Source of the DNA: Dehalococcoidia bacterium
Lineage (GTDB): Bacteria; Chloroflexota; Dehalococcoidia; Bin125
Assembly: GCA_963663895.2 (NCBI GenBank)
Contig: CAXXRD010000001.1
Coordinates: forward strand, 96,001 to 160,000
Direction of reading: 5' to 3'
Length of the DNA stretch: 64,000 nt
The translations under genes were made by a program, and so were the position numbers. Positions within the stretch are counted from its first letter, which is position 1. Each line of letters opens with the position of its first letter. Under the pieces are notes generated by a model that made no database searches, was not told the origin of the DNA, and worked only from the letters and a program-made list of their open reading frames with translations. Of this stretch, positions 1 to 10,112 are shown one piece after another.

Positions 1-88
1 GGGTAACCGCAGCACAAATGGCATCCGCATCGGCGCGGGCGAGGGCCTTGTGCAGGCGCTTCACAGCCTCAATGTCGGCGTCGGGCAC
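1..88 (-). CDS. SnoaL/NTF2-like protein, 5' fragment (runs off window edge)
   Basis: Manual translation from GTG at 88, just after the upstream stop: VPDADIEAVKRLHKALARADADAICAAVT. This resembles the N-terminal helices of SnoaL-like proteins. Confidence 0.55.
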   Translation of the reverse strand, partial: MPDADIEAVKRLHKALARADADAICAAVT

Positions 89-90
89 GG

Positions 91-402
91 TTAAACCTTC
101 TCGGCCCAGTGGACGCGCACGCTGTCGGGGTCGGCCAGCCGCATAAATCCCTCGTAGGCGGGCCTCACCTCGGGCATGTCATTGACTTTGAGCCAGGCTT
201 CCCAGCTCTCGCATTCGATGTCCTCAATGATGGTGAAGTCGGGGGAGCCCTTACCGGCACCCTTGACCTCGAAGATCTCGTAGTTAAGGACGCCTGGCGC
301 GGCGCTGGCGAGCGGCTGGTCGATCTCCCGCGAGAACTGATAGTACTCGTCCATCGTGGTTTCGGGCTTGAGCTTGTAGGTGATGTATACGCGGACCGAC
401 AT
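91..402 (-). CDS. Small dimeric alpha/beta-barrel protein (EthD / HapK-REDY-like)
   Basis: MSVRVYITYKLKPETTMDEYYQFSREIDQPLA...DFTIIEDIECESWEAW pattern. GGAGGG SD before ATG 402; TAGACT -10-like box at 464-459. Confidence 0.65.
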   Translation of the reverse strand: MSVRVYITYKLKPETTMDEYYQFSREIDQPLASAAPGVLNYEIFEVKGAGKGSPDFTIIEDIECESWEAWLKVNDMPEVRPAYEGFMRLADPDSVRVHWAEKV

Positions 403-447
403 GAACTGCGTGCCCTCCATCGTCCGGCGCACGCTCTACGGACGCGG

Positions 448-590
448 GCGCAGCGGTCAGTCTACGGTTGCGAGGCAAAGTTGGCGAGCCGCACGGCAGC
501 GGCGGCCGTTCGGTGGATTCCCAACAGTGCGGCCGCTGTACCCGCAGCGCGGCTCGCCGCCGCAACCGCTCCTCGTCCCGCTGGCGCGCC
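448..590. ncRNA. Candidate structured RNA / long nested inverted repeat
   Basis: CGGTTGCG 465-472 pairs with CGCAACCG 561-568; GGCGAGCCGC 483-492 with GCGGCTCGCC 549-558; CAGCGGC 497-503 with GCCGCTG 532-538. Confidence 0.3.
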
Positions 591-764
591 ACCCCCCACG
601 CGGGGCATGGCGACGCCTGGAGGACAGCGGCGGTAGCGAGGTGACCGGCCGACTACAGTAGAAGCCCCGCACAGCAAAAGGGCGCGGACGCCGCGATGGA
701 GGCGACGCTATCCGCTGCGCGAATCGAGCTAGCACGCGGCGGTGGATCATATGATGGGTTTCCA

Positions 765-2267
765 ATGATGGATCAGGTCCCCCCAAGCGGCACCGCTACT
801 GGGATCGAAACCGTGATCGGCCTTGAAGTGCACGTGCAACTCAAGACCGACAGCAAGATGTTCTGCCGCTGCCCCGGGGACTACGCCAGCGACGAGCCGA
901 ATACGCGCGTCTGCCCCGTCTGCCTCGGCATGCCGGGAGCTTTACCCGTGATCAACCAGCGTGCGGTGGAGTGGACGGTCAAGACTGCCTTGGCTCTGAG
1001 ATTGGATATCCCGGAGGAGTCCAAATTCGACCGCAAGAACTATCCCTACCCCGACTTGATGAAGGGGTATCAGATCAGCCAGTACGATCTCCCGCTGAGC
1101 GTCAACGGCCACTTGAATATCGAGGTGGACGGCGAGCGGCGCCATATCCGCATCCTCCGGATCCATCTGGAAGAAGACACCGCACGTCTACGGCATCGAG
1201 TGGACGAGGCTGGGGAGAAGTACTCCCTGGTCGACGTCAATCGCAGCGGCCTGCCTTTGATGGAGATCGTCTCGGAGCCCGACATGCGCAGCCCCGCAGA
1301 GGCGCGCGCCTATCTCGTCGCACTGCGCCAGATCCTCCGCTATCTCGACGTGAGCACAGCCAACATGGAGGAGGGATCGTTCCGCTGTGACGCCAATATC
1401 TCCCTGCGCCCGAAGGGCAGTGCAACGCTCGGCGCCAAAGTCGAGATCAAAAACATGAACTCGTTCCGATCCGTCTACAAGGCGCTGCAGTTCGAGACAG
1501 AGCGCCAGAGCATCGCCCTGCGGAAAGGCGAGTCGATCGTTCAGGAAACGCGTGGCTGGGTCGAGGACGAGGAAGTCACCGTGTCGCAGCGCTCGAAGGA
1601 GCACGCACACGATTACCGCTATTTTCCCGAGCCCGACCTCCCGCCGCTCCGCATCGATCCCGCCTGGGTCGAGGAGGTGCGCTCCTCACTGCCGGAGCTG
1701 CCGGAGGCCAAGCGGAAGCGCTTCGCCCGCGAATACGGGTTAGGCGACTTCGATGTGGAGCAGCTGACGGAGGAGCAGATCAAGGCCGACTACTACGAGC
1801 AGGCACTGGCCGCCCTGGATCGCGGAGCGTCCCAAGAGCAGGCCAAGGCCATCGCCAATTGGATGAACGGTGAACTGGCCCGCCTCATGAATCACGCCGG
1901 CGAGAGCATGCAAGCCGTGAAGATCCGGCCAGAGCACTTGGCAGAGCTCGTTTCCTTAATCGAGGCGGGTACGATCAGCAACAAGCTGGCCAAGAGCACC
2001 ATCGAGTCCATGTACAAGACGGGCAAGCCGCCTCGTCAGATCGTTGAGGAATCGGGGCAGACCCAGATCTCCGGCGCCGACGCGCTGCGCGCCGTCGTTG
2101 CAAAGGTGCTGGCCGAACAGCCGCAGGCGGTCGCCGATTACCGAGCCGGCAAAGAGGAGTCGCTCAAGTACCTGGTCGGTCAAGTCATGCGAGCGACACG
2201 CGGCCGGGCAAACCCCCAGGAGGCAACCCGGCATCTGCAAACGGCCCTCGCGGATGCCCCAACATAA
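765..2267 (+). CDS. gatB: Asp-tRNA(Asn)/Glu-tRNA(Gln) amidotransferase subunit B
   Basis: Motifs [51 protein letters not shown]. Confidence 0.97.
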   Translation: MMDQVPPSGTATGIETVIGLEVHVQLKTDSKMFCRCPGDYASDEPNTRVCPVCLGMPGALPVINQRAVEWTVKTALALRLDIPEESKFDRKNYPYPDLMKGYQISQYDLPLSVNGHLNIEVDGERRHIRILRIHLEEDTARLRHRVDEAGEKYSLVDVNRSGLPLMEIVSEPDMRSPAEARAYLVALRQILRYLDVSTANMEEGSFRCDANISLRPKGSATLGAKVEIKNMNSFRSVYKALQFETERQSIALRKGESIVQETRGWVEDEEVTVSQRSKEHAHDYRYFPEPDLPPLRIDPAWVEEVRSSLPELPEAKRKRFAREYGLGDFDVEQLTEEQIKADYYEQALAALDRGASQEQAKAIANWMNGELARLMNHAGESMQAVKIRPEHLAELVSLIEAGTISNKLAKSTIESMYKTGKPPRQIVEESGQTQISGADALRAVVAKVLAEQPQAVADYRAGKEESLKYLVGQVMRATRGRANPQEATRHLQTALADAPT

Positions 2268-2343
2268 TTTGGACAATAATTAGTCAATCCTCAGCCAGGA
2301 ACAAAAGCAGCAGGCGGAACGTCTCTAGAGGAAGTGAAGCTCT

Positions 2344-3732
2344 TTGCCGGTAGAGGAATCGACGCGTAGAGTGGCCGGACTCATGGACTGGCTCCGGGAC
2401 CCTGACATGCGGAAGTGGCTTCTCCCCGGCATGGGGGTGAAGCGCTGGCTCCTTCTCTTCATTATCGGCATGGCGGTGCTGGGCCTCGGGGTCTCATACC
2501 TGGCTCGCGAGGCGTACGTGGTTTGGACCCTGCCCGACATTTTCTACGAGATCACGCTGCAGTTCTTTCCCCGCTGGGTCCGGGCTGCGATCTTCATCAC
2601 CGTCGCCGTTGGTCTGACCGGCTTTGCCGTCTGGAAGGTCAACGCCGCCATGCTCGCCGCCGTTCGGCAGCGGCACCGAGGAAACGGCGGAGACGAACGA
2701 CTCGTCAATCTGGTCTATCGCCACCGCTTCAGCACACGGGGCCCGCGGGTCGTGACGATCGGCGGCGGGACGGGGATGTCGGTCGTGCTCCGGGGTCTCA
2801 AGGACTACACCACCAACTTGACCGCGGTCGTGACGGTCGCTGACGACGGCGGATCGTCGGGGCGGCTGCGCCGCGACTTAGGAGTCATCCCACCAGGCGA
2901 CGTTCGCAACTGCATCGCGGCGCTCGCCGACGCCGAGCCGCTGATGACCCGGCTGTTCCAGTACCGCTTCCCGGAAGAGTCCGGAGAGAGCCTCACCGGG
3001 CACTCGTTCGGCAACCTCTTCATCGTGGCCCTCTCCGAGATCACCGGCAGCATGGAAGAGGCGATCCACGAGACGAGCCGGGTCCTCGCCGTTCGCGGCC
3101 AGATCCTTCCATCGACAATGGAGGACGTGCAGCTCGTGGCCCGAACGACGGAGGGCCGTACCATTAGAGGCGAGTCGCGCATCGCGCAGGCGGGCGTCGA
3201 GATTCACGATATCCAACTCGAGCCCGCCGCACCCCGCGCCTATCCCGCCGCCGCAAACGCAATTCGCAACGCCGATATGATCGTGCTGGGTCCCGGCAGC
3301 CTCTACAGCAGCATCCTGCCAAACTTGCTGGTGCCTGAACTCCGCATCGCCTTCCACGAGTCGACCGCGATGAAAGTGTACGTATGCAACGTAGCGACGC
3401 AGCCGGGGGAAACTCCCCACTACTCCGTGCAGGACCACGTCCACGCCATCGAGCAGCACGTGGGCGGTGCGATTTGCGACTTCGTGATCGCCAATAACAA
3501 CCTCGTGGATCAGCTCCCCGAACCCTGGCACTCCGAGCCCGTGCGCATGGCTGAATCGGACGGCGAAGGATCGGAAAGCGCCCGCGTGATCAGCGCCGAC
3601 GTAGTCGACATCCACAATCGCTACCGTCATGACTCCGACAAGCTGGCGAGCGTGATTCTCAATCTCTACCATGAGCAGGGGGAGGCGGCGCCCCGACGGG
3701 CCGATGTGGATAGTGTCCTCGCCGGTATCTAG
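2344..3732 (+). CDS. yvcK: YvcK/GlmR (CofD-like, UDP-GlcNAc-binding) protein with N-terminal TM helices
   Basis: IGGGTG, VTVADDGGSSGRLR, PPGDVRNC, GHSFGNL, LGPGSLYSSI. Start could be ATG 2383. Confidence 0.9.
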   Translation: MPVEESTRRVAGLMDWLRDPDMRKWLLPGMGVKRWLLLFIIGMAVLGLGVSYLAREAYVVWTLPDIFYEITLQFFPRWVRAAIFITVAVGLTGFAVWKVNAAMLAAVRQRHRGNGGDERLVNLVYRHRFSTRGPRVVTIGGGTGMSVVLRGLKDYTTNLTAVVTVADDGGSSGRLRRDLGVIPPGDVRNCIAALADAEPLMTRLFQYRFPEESGESLTGHSFGNLFIVALSEITGSMEEAIHETSRVLAVRGQILPSTMEDVQLVARTTEGRTIRGESRIAQAGVEIHDIQLEPAAPRAYPAAANAIRNADMIVLGPGSLYSSILPNLLVPELRIAFHESTAMKVYVCNVATQPGETPHYSVQDHVHAIEQHVGGAICDFVIANNNLVDQLPEPWHSEPVRMAESDGEGSESARVISADVVDIHNRYRHDSDKLASVILNLYHEQGEAAPRRADVDSVLAGI

Positions 3733-3759
3733 TGTCTGAGGCGCAGCCGCGAGACAGGC

Positions 3760-3978
3760 GTGTCCACAACTAACGTTGTCAACATCGTTCAGATCCTGAT
3801 CGCCCTTGTGATGATCGGGTTGGTCCTGCTCCAGGCCAAAGGCGCAGGCCTTGGGAATATCTTTGGGCAGCAGCAGAACTTTCGCACGCGCCGCGGGATC
3901 GAGAAGGGCCTTTTCCGAGGAACGATTGTCCTGATGATCGCATTCATCGGCGTCTCGATCGCAGCTGTTCGCGTGTAA
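3760..3978 (+). CDS. secG: Preprotein translocase subunit SecG
   Basis: 72 aa, two TM helices, VLLQAKGAGLG...FG...RRGIEK motif. Confidence 0.92.
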   Translation: MSTTNVVNIVQILIALVMIGLVLLQAKGAGLGNIFGQQQNFRTRRGIEKGLFRGTIVLMIAFIGVSIAAVRV

Positions 3979-3997
3979 TCATCGCGAGCCCCTTGGC

Positions 3998-4837
3998 ATG
4001 ACGCCCAGCGGGATCGTCACACTCGTCACCGACTTCGGACTGAGCGATACCTACGTCGGTGAGATGCATGCCGTGCTGCAGGCGCGTAACCCGGGCGTAA
4101 CCGTGATCGATGTCAGCCACGGCGTCCCCTTCGGTTCCCTCGACAGCACGCTGTACCTGACGGAGCGTGCCTGGCCTGCCTTCCCGCCGGGAACAGTGCA
4201 TCTCGTCGTCGTCGACCCCGGCGTCGGCGGCGACCGACGGCTCGTGGCGATCGCAAGCGAAGGGAATTTTTATATTGGGCCGGACACGGGCGTGCTCAGC
4301 AGCGGGCTGCCGGACGCCCTGCGGCCGCGAGACGCGATGCGCACGGTCGCCCTACCCGCAGCGGTCACGGCCGTTGAAATCAGCGGCTCCACCTTCCGGC
4401 GAGAGCCCGTCTCGAACACCTTCCATGGGCGGGACTTGATGGCGCCGGTTGGGGCGGTCCTGGCCGCCGACACACCGATCGCTCAGACCGGCGCGTCCAT
4501 CGCCGAAGTGCGGATCGCGCCGCCGCTGCCCGCGACGCTCAACGGCGGACGGGGGACAGGACGCATCATGCACATCGACAGCTTCGGCAATGCGATCACG
4601 AACTTCCGCACCGCCGACGCGGCGCCGACGTTTCTGATCGAAGTCGGCGATGCGGGTGCGGCGACCTCCGTCAAGAGCTACACAAGCGGGCCTCCTGATC
4701 ACCTGGTCGCTCTCGGAGGTAGTGGCGGCTACATCGAGATCGCTTGGCCTCGGGGAAGCGCCGCCGACCGACTCGGATTGCACGCGGGGACGCCGGTCCG
4801 AATACGGCCCGTCTCGGCGCTGAAGTCGTCGCGATGA
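3998..4837 (+). CDS. SAM hydroxide adenosyltransferase / SAM hydrolase (DUF62, chlorinase/fluorinase family)
   Basis: TDFG, VVDPGVGGDRR, GPDTG, SNTFHGRD, HIDSFGNAITN. Confidence 0.9.
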   Translation: MTPSGIVTLVTDFGLSDTYVGEMHAVLQARNPGVTVIDVSHGVPFGSLDSTLYLTERAWPAFPPGTVHLVVVDPGVGGDRRLVAIASEGNFYIGPDTGVLSSGLPDALRPRDAMRTVALPAAVTAVEISGSTFRREPVSNTFHGRDLMAPVGAVLAADTPIAQTGASIAEVRIAPPLPATLNGGRGTGRIMHIDSFGNAITNFRTADAAPTFLIEVGDAGAATSVKSYTSGPPDHLVALGGSGGYIEIAWPRGSAADRLGLHAGTPVRIRPVSALKSSR

Positions 4838-5784
4838 GCTCGGGTACGCCCGACGCCATTCGCCTCGCCTTTTTCGGATCGCCGGAGTTCGCGGTCCCCA
4901 CTCTCCGCGCGCTGATCGGGAGCCCCTGGCGACCGGTGGTCGTCGTCACGCAGCCGGATCGTCCGGCGGGCCGGTCGCGGAAGCTCACCGCCCCGCCGGT
5001 CAAAATCGCTGCCGAGGAAGCGGGCGTACCCGTCATCCAGCCAGAACGGCTGCGCGAGCCCGAAAGCGTAGCGGCGCTCGCCGCATACAAGCCGAACCTT
5101 CAGGTGATCGCAGCCTATGGCCAGATCATCCGCCGCGCTGTCTTGGATCTGCCAGCGCACGGCACACTCAACGTACACGCCTCCCTGCTCCCGCGTTGGA
5201 GGGGTGCCGCACCGGTGGCAGCCGCGATCCGAGCGGGCGACTCGGAAACGGGCGTGACGATCATGCTGGTCGACGAGGGAGTGGACACGGGCGCCATGCT
5301 CAGCGAGCGCCCCGTGCCGATCCGCGACACCGATACCACCGGGTCACTTAACGCGCGGCTGGCCCAGATCGGCGCGGAGCTGCTGCTGGAGACGATCCCG
5401 CGCTGGATCGCTGGAGAGATCGTGGCAGAACCCCAAGACGAGTCGCGAGCAACGAAGGCGCCACGCTTGCAGAAGGAAGAGGGACGGATCGATTGGAGTG
5501 AGTCGGCCGCTCAGATCGCCCGCACAGTGCGCGCTTTCACGCCATGGCCCGGCGCGACGACGAAGCTGGGCGACACGTTGCTGCGGGTGTTGCAGGCGGA
5601 GGCAGGGCCAGCGGTGCCGGGCGGCAAGCCGGGGACCGTATTGAAGGCGGAAGACTGGATTGGCGTGCAGACGGGCGCTGGGATCCTGATTCTGCACGAA
5701 CTACAGCGCGAGGGAAAACGCCCGCTGACCGCTAAGGCGTTCGCGCAGGGGGAGCGGCGATTCTTGGGAGGTCAGTTGGAGTGA
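4834..5784 (+). CDS. fmt: Methionyl-tRNA formyltransferase
   Basis: FFGSPEFA, VTQPDRPAGR, NVHASLLPRWRGAAP. ATGA overlap with upstream stop. Confidence 0.96.
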   Translation: MSSGTPDAIRLAFFGSPEFAVPTLRALIGSPWRPVVVVTQPDRPAGRSRKLTAPPVKIAAEEAGVPVIQPERLREPESVAALAAYKPNLQVIAAYGQIIRRAVLDLPAHGTLNVHASLLPRWRGAAPVAAAIRAGDSETGVTIMLVDEGVDTGAMLSERPVPIRDTDTTGSLNARLAQIGAELLLETIPRWIAGEIVAEPQDESRATKAPRLQKEEGRIDWSESAAQIARTVRAFTPWPGATTKLGDTLLRVLQAEAGPAVPGGKPGTVLKAEDWIGVQTGAGILILHELQREGKRPLTAKAFAQGERRFLGGQLE

Positions 5785-5785
5785 G

Positions 5786-6481
5786 CTAGTCTCGCTCGTC
5801 TTCGCCGCCGGGCGGCGTCGCGGGCTCCGCTCCAACTCTGCTTGCGTCCTCTGCAGCTTCTCCGCCCTCAGCCAATCCCACATCCCCGTCTTCCTCGGAA
5901 GGAGCCTCTTCTTCCTCTTGCACCCTAGGAGCCTGCGCTGCGACGATTACGGTGCCGGCATCAGTGAGGATACGAACGCCGCCGGGAACGGAGAGTTCGC
6001 CCACGTGGATCGCATCGCCGAACGACGTGAGGGAGGAGATATCGACCTCAAACCGATCCGGAATCTCGCCGGGCAGCGCCTCGACTTCGACCGTTGTCTG
6101 GGGATGGACCAACACGCCTCCCAGATGAACGGCTTCCGAGTCGCCGATCAACGTGACCTCGACCTGCGCGTGAACGCGGCGAGTCAAGTCGACTTGGTAG
6201 AACTCGACATGCTGGACTTCGTCGGTCACGGGATTGCGCTGGACTTCTCGTAACAGCACGGGACGCGTGCCGTCCTCGCCCTGAACCTGTACTTCCACGA
6301 CCGCGTTGCGGCCACGCTCCCGGAAGGCTGCACGCAGCTCCGCCAGCGGCGCTTGGACGGCCACCGAGGGCAATCTTCGCCCGCAAATGTTGGCGGGAAC
6401 GATGCCCTGCCGGCGAAGCCGGGCAACTTTCTTGCCAATGACCTGGCGAGTTTGCAGAAAAAGAACGCCATTCGCAGTCAT
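5786..6481 (-). CDS. rplY: 50S ribosomal protein L25/Ctc (long form, acidic tail)
   Basis: LRRQGIVPANICG, EVQRNPV...HVEFY, VEALPGEIP...VDIS. Confidence 0.93.
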   Translation of the reverse strand: MTANGVLFLQTRQVIGKKVARLRRQGIVPANICGRRLPSVAVQAPLAELRAAFRERGRNAVVEVQVQGEDGTRPVLLREVQRNPVTDEVQHVEFYQVDLTRRVHAQVEVTLIGDSEAVHLGGVLVHPQTTVEVEALPGEIPDRFEVDISSLTSFGDAIHVGELSVPGGVRILTDAGTVIVAAQAPRVQEEEEAPSEEDGDVGLAEGGEAAEDASRVGAEPATPPGGEDERD

Positions 6482-6602
6482 AGCGCTTCCGACGCTAGCC
6501 CCGCAGCCGGACAGAAGCAACCAAGCAGAGTTCGGTTGGCAGCACGACCCCTTTATTATCGAGGGCAGATCTCGGAGAACGGGCCCATAGGAGAGACAGG
6601 CA

Positions 6603-7451
6603 GTGCGGCGATCGACGCAAAGCACACTGGCTGCGCTGGCAAGCAAGGAGGAGTGCCTCCGTGAGACGATCCGAGGCTACGGCGCTGCGATCGTAGCTTT
6701 CAGCGGGGGCGTCGACAGCACGCTCGTAGCCGCCGTCGCCGCTGCAGTACTGGGCAGGCGTGCCATCGCCGTCACGGGACGCTCGCCGTCTCTGCCCGCC
6801 AGCGAATACGCGGAAGCCGTAGCGCTGGCAGCGAAGATCGGCGTCGCGCACCGCGTCATCGATACGCAGGAGCTGACCCGTGAGGGGTATGTAGCGAACG
6901 CCGGTGATCGCTGCTACCACTGCAAGAGTGAACTGTACGCGGCGCTCCGTTCCCTGGCAATCGAACGCGATGCCGTGGTGGTGAACGGCACCAACGTCGA
7001 CGACCTCGGCGACTACCGTCCGGGGCTGCAGGCAGCGCGCGAGTACGGCGTCGAGAGCCCGTTGCTGAAAGCGCGATTGGGAAAGGCGGAGGTCCGAGCC
7101 CTGAGTCGTAAACTCAATCTGCCGACCTGGAACAAGCCGGCGATGGCCTGCTTGGCAAGTCGCATCCCGCCCGGCACGGCTGTCACCATCGAACTGCTGG
7201 AGCAGGTCGAGGCCGCCGAGGCGTTCCTCCGAACCCTAGGACTGCGAGAGGTGCGCGTGCGACACCACGGGGAGATCGCCCGCATCGAAACCGACGCCGC
7301 CGGGATCGACCTGGCGATCATGCGGCGCAAGCTGATCGAGACACGGCTCCGCGGGCTCGGTTACCGCTTCGTCGTGCTCGATCTGGGAGGCTTTCGCTCG
7401 GGATCGCTGAATCCGCCGACGATGGCGACGGAACGCTGCTCCGCTAGCTGA
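6603..7451 (+). CDS. larE: ATP-dependent sulfur transferase LarE family
   Basis: PP-loop AFSGGVDS, RCYHCK, GTNVDDLGDYRPG, ACLASRIP, VRVRHHG, GFRSGSLN. Confidence 0.9.
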   Translation: MRRSTQSTLAALASKEECLRETIRGYGAAIVAFSGGVDSTLVAAVAAAVLGRRAIAVTGRSPSLPASEYAEAVALAAKIGVAHRVIDTQELTREGYVANAGDRCYHCKSELYAALRSLAIERDAVVVNGTNVDDLGDYRPGLQAAREYGVESPLLKARLGKAEVRALSRKLNLPTWNKPAMACLASRIPPGTAVTIELLEQVEAAEAFLRTLGLREVRVRHHGEIARIETDAAGIDLAIMRRKLIETRLRGLGYRFVVLDLGGFRSGSLNPPTMATERCSAS

Positions 7452-7461
7452 AGGGGATGTC

Positions 7462-8100
7462 GTGATGCTGCTGGATGAGGCGATCGGAACCCTGCGCTCA
7501 ATGCGCCGGCTCAAGCCCGACGCGGTTGCGGAAGCCGACCTGCGAGCCATCGTGGAGGCGGCCACGCAGGCGCCGAGCGGCGGCAACATCCAGAATTGGG
7601 CGTTCATCGTCATCACAGACGCAGAGCAACGGCGGAAAATGGGCGAGATCTACCGCGAGGTCGGCACCGACTACCTTGCCCAGTTTTTCGGCGGCGCACC
7701 GGATCCGATCTCGATGGAGCCTCAGATGCGCAAGCTGTATGAGAGCAGCCGGCATCTCGTCGAGCACTTCGGCGAGGCGCCAGCCCTGGTCGCCGCTTGC
7801 ATGCGCGGTAAATTTCCCAGCAAGCCCGAGTCGGCCGCAGCCTTCTACGGTTCGATCTACCCGGCCGTCCAGAACATGCTGCTGACCGCGCGGGCGCGCG
7901 GCCTTGGCACGACGCTGACCACGTTGCACGCCCATCGCCAGGAGGCCGTGCAAGCGATCCTCGGTCTGCCCGAGAACGTGCATGTGATCAGCGTGATCCC
8001 CATCGGCTATCCCGAGGGCAAGTGGAGCGCTCCCCGGCGACGCCCGGCGGTGGATGTCATGCACTGGGACCGCTGGGGGACCCGGCGCATCGAGAGCTAA
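7462..8100 (+). CDS. Nitroreductase family protein
   Basis: LRSMRR, QAPSGGNIQNWAF, AVQNMLLTARARGLG, IPIGYP. Confidence 0.92.
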   Translation: MMLLDEAIGTLRSMRRLKPDAVAEADLRAIVEAATQAPSGGNIQNWAFIVITDAEQRRKMGEIYREVGTDYLAQFFGGAPDPISMEPQMRKLYESSRHLVEHFGEAPALVAACMRGKFPSKPESAAAFYGSIYPAVQNMLLTARARGLGTTLTTLHAHRQEAVQAILGLPENVHVISVIPIGYPEGKWSAPRRRPAVDVMHWDRWGTRRIES

Positions 8101-8102
8101 GA

Positions 8103-10112
8103 ATGATGGCGGCGCGACAGGGGCGGCAGCTGCTTGGGGTCGACGTGGGCGGTACGTTCACGGATTTCCTGTTTTGGGATGGCCACCAACTCCGTGTCGA
8201 GAAACGTCCCAGCACCCCGCGCAACCCGGAAGAGGCTGTACTGTCGGGCATTCGCGAGATGGGCTGGCAGCCCGAGGAGGTCGTCCATGGGTCCACTGTC
8301 GCGACCAACGCCCTCCTGACGCGCCGGGGCGCGCGCACCGCGCTCGTGACGACCAAGGGCTTCCGCGACACGCTGATCATCGGGCGGCAGGAACGACCGG
8401 ACATCTATGCGCTCCAGCCCACGAAGCCGCCACCGCTCGTCCCGGATGCACGCCGCTTCGAAGTGTGCGAGCGGATCGCGAGCGACGGCAGCGTGATCGT
8501 GCCGCTGGATGAGGCAGACGTTTCCGCAGTGCTCGATCGCGTCGAGCGGAGCCGGGGTGAGGCGCTCGCCGTTTGCCTCTTGTTCTCCTTCCTCGATCCG
8601 ACCCACGAACGACGTATCGCCGCGGAAGCGCGCAGGCGCGGGATGATGGTCACCGTGTCCCACGAACTCCTGCCGGAGCACCGTGAGTACGAGCGGACCA
8701 GCACGACCGTCGCCAACGCGTATGTCTCGCCCGTGATGGGGCGCTACCTCGGTCGTCTGGCGGAGGGGTTGCGGTCGGAGGGCGGCGGGGGCCGGCTGCG
8801 GATCATGCAATCCAACGGCGGCAGCATCGGCGCGGAACAGGCGTCGAAGGAGGCGGTGCGCACTGTGCTGTCTGGTCCCGCAGGCGGGGTCGCAGGGGCG
8901 CTTCGTGTCGGCCGGGCAGCGGGACACCCAACGGTGATCGCATTCGATATGGGAGGCACATCGACCGACGTGAGCTTCTGCCGCGGTGAGATCGGCGAGC
9001 GCGCCGATCTCACGATCGGCGGCATCCCGATTCGCACTCCGACCGTGGACGTGCATTCCGTTGGAGCGGGCGGGGGCTCGATCGCGTGGATCGACGAAGG
9101 CGGCGCGCTGCGTGTCGGACCGCAAAGTGCGGGCGCCGTGCCCGGACCCGCAGCGTACGGGCATGGGACGACGCCGACGGTGACCGATGCACACATCGTG
9201 CTGAGCCGACTACCAGTCGACCGCTTCCTGGGGGGCGCGATGCCATTGCACAGCGACCGGGCCGAGCGAGCGATCGCCTCGATCGCGGCGCCTTTCAGTG
9301 GCGATACCCGCCGCACAGCACAGGCCGTGATCAGCGTCGTCAATGCCAACATGGCTCGGGCATTACGCCTGATCTCCGTGGAACGGGGGCAGGATCCAGC
9401 GGAGACGGCGCTCGTCGCATTTGGCGGGGCAGGACCCCTCCATGCCTGCGACCTCGCCGAGGAGCTCGGCATCGGAACCGTGATCGTGCCCCAGACCCCG
9501 GGCGTACTCTCGGCGATGGGGATGCTGCAAGCGGACGTGGTCAAGGACGTCGAGCAAGGCCTCGTCCTATATCTCGATCCCGCTGTCAGCGGTACCGTGA
9601 GCGAGTTGGCGCAGACGTTCGAGCGGCTGGAGCAGCGGGCGCGGGAGGCGCTCGCTCTGGAAGGATATCGAAGCCGCGTCCGCATCGAGCGCTGGGCGGA
9701 CTTGCGTTACGCCGGACAGTCGCATGAACTGCGCGTCCGGCTGGGGCGGGGAGTGGCAGGAAGTACGATCCGACGCGCCTTCGCGCTGGCGCACGAGGAG
9801 CGTTTCGGTCACAGCGACGCCGGGCGCGCGATCGAGGTCGTCGTCGCGAGGGTAAAAGCGCGCGCGCCGGGTTTCCGTGTTCCCCTCGGCACCGCCACAC
9901 AGGCCACCGGCGCGGCCGCGCCGGAGCAGCGCACGAGCGTTATCTGGGACCGACCGCGCCGTACGCGCGTCCTTCCGCGTGCAGCCGTCGGCCGGCGCGG
10001 GATTCGGGGGCCGGCCGTCCTGACCCAGATGGATACGACCGTCTTGGTACCGCCTGGATGGCAAGCGACGCCGCAACGCGAGGGGCACCTGATGCTCAGG
10101 AGACGTGCGTGA
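8103..10112 (+). CDS. Hydantoinase A / 5-oxoprolinase ATPase subunit (HyuA-like)
   Basis: GVDVGGTFTD, HGSTVATN, SGPAGG, DMGGTSTD, GAGGGS, FGGAGPLHA. Confidence 0.93.
   Translation: MMAARQGRQLLGVDVGGTFTDFLFWDGHQLRVEKRPSTPRNPEEAVLSGIREMGWQPEEVVHGSTVATNALLTRRGARTALVTTKGFRDTLIIGRQERPDIYALQPTKPPPLVPDARRFEVCERIASDGSVIVPLDEADVSAVLDRVERSRGEALAVCLLFSFLDPTHERRIAAEARRRGMMVTVSHELLPEHREYERTSTTVANAYVSPVMGRYLGRLAEGLRSEGGGGRLRIMQSNGGSIGAEQASKEAVRTVLSGPAGGVAGALRVGRAAGHPTVIAFDMGGTSTDVSFCRGEIGERADLTIGGIPIRTPTVDVHSVGAGGGSIAWIDEGGALRVGPQSAGAVPGPAAYGHGTTPTVTDAHIVLSRLPVDRFLGGAMPLHSDRAERAIASIAAPFSGDTRRTAQAVISVVNANMARALRLISVERGQDPAETALVAFGGAGPLHACDLAEELGIGTVIVPQTPGVLSAMGMLQADVVKDVEQGLVLYLDPAVSGTVSELAQTFERLEQRAREALALEGYRSRVRIERWADLRYAGQSHELRVRLGRGVAGSTIRRAFALAHEERFGHSDAGRAIEVVVARVKARAPGFRVPLGTATQATGAAAPEQRTSVIWDRPRRTRVLPRAAVGRRGIRGPAVLTQMDTTVLVPPGWQATPQREGHLMLRRRA

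Noticed and set aside
2344-2700. Membrane anchor on YvcK as a novelty
   Set aside because: N-terminal TM extensions on YvcK are known in several phyla.
3998-4837. Possible fluorinase/chlorinase
   Set aside because: TFHGRD and DPGVG..R residues indicate the DUF62 hydrolase type; housekeeping context.
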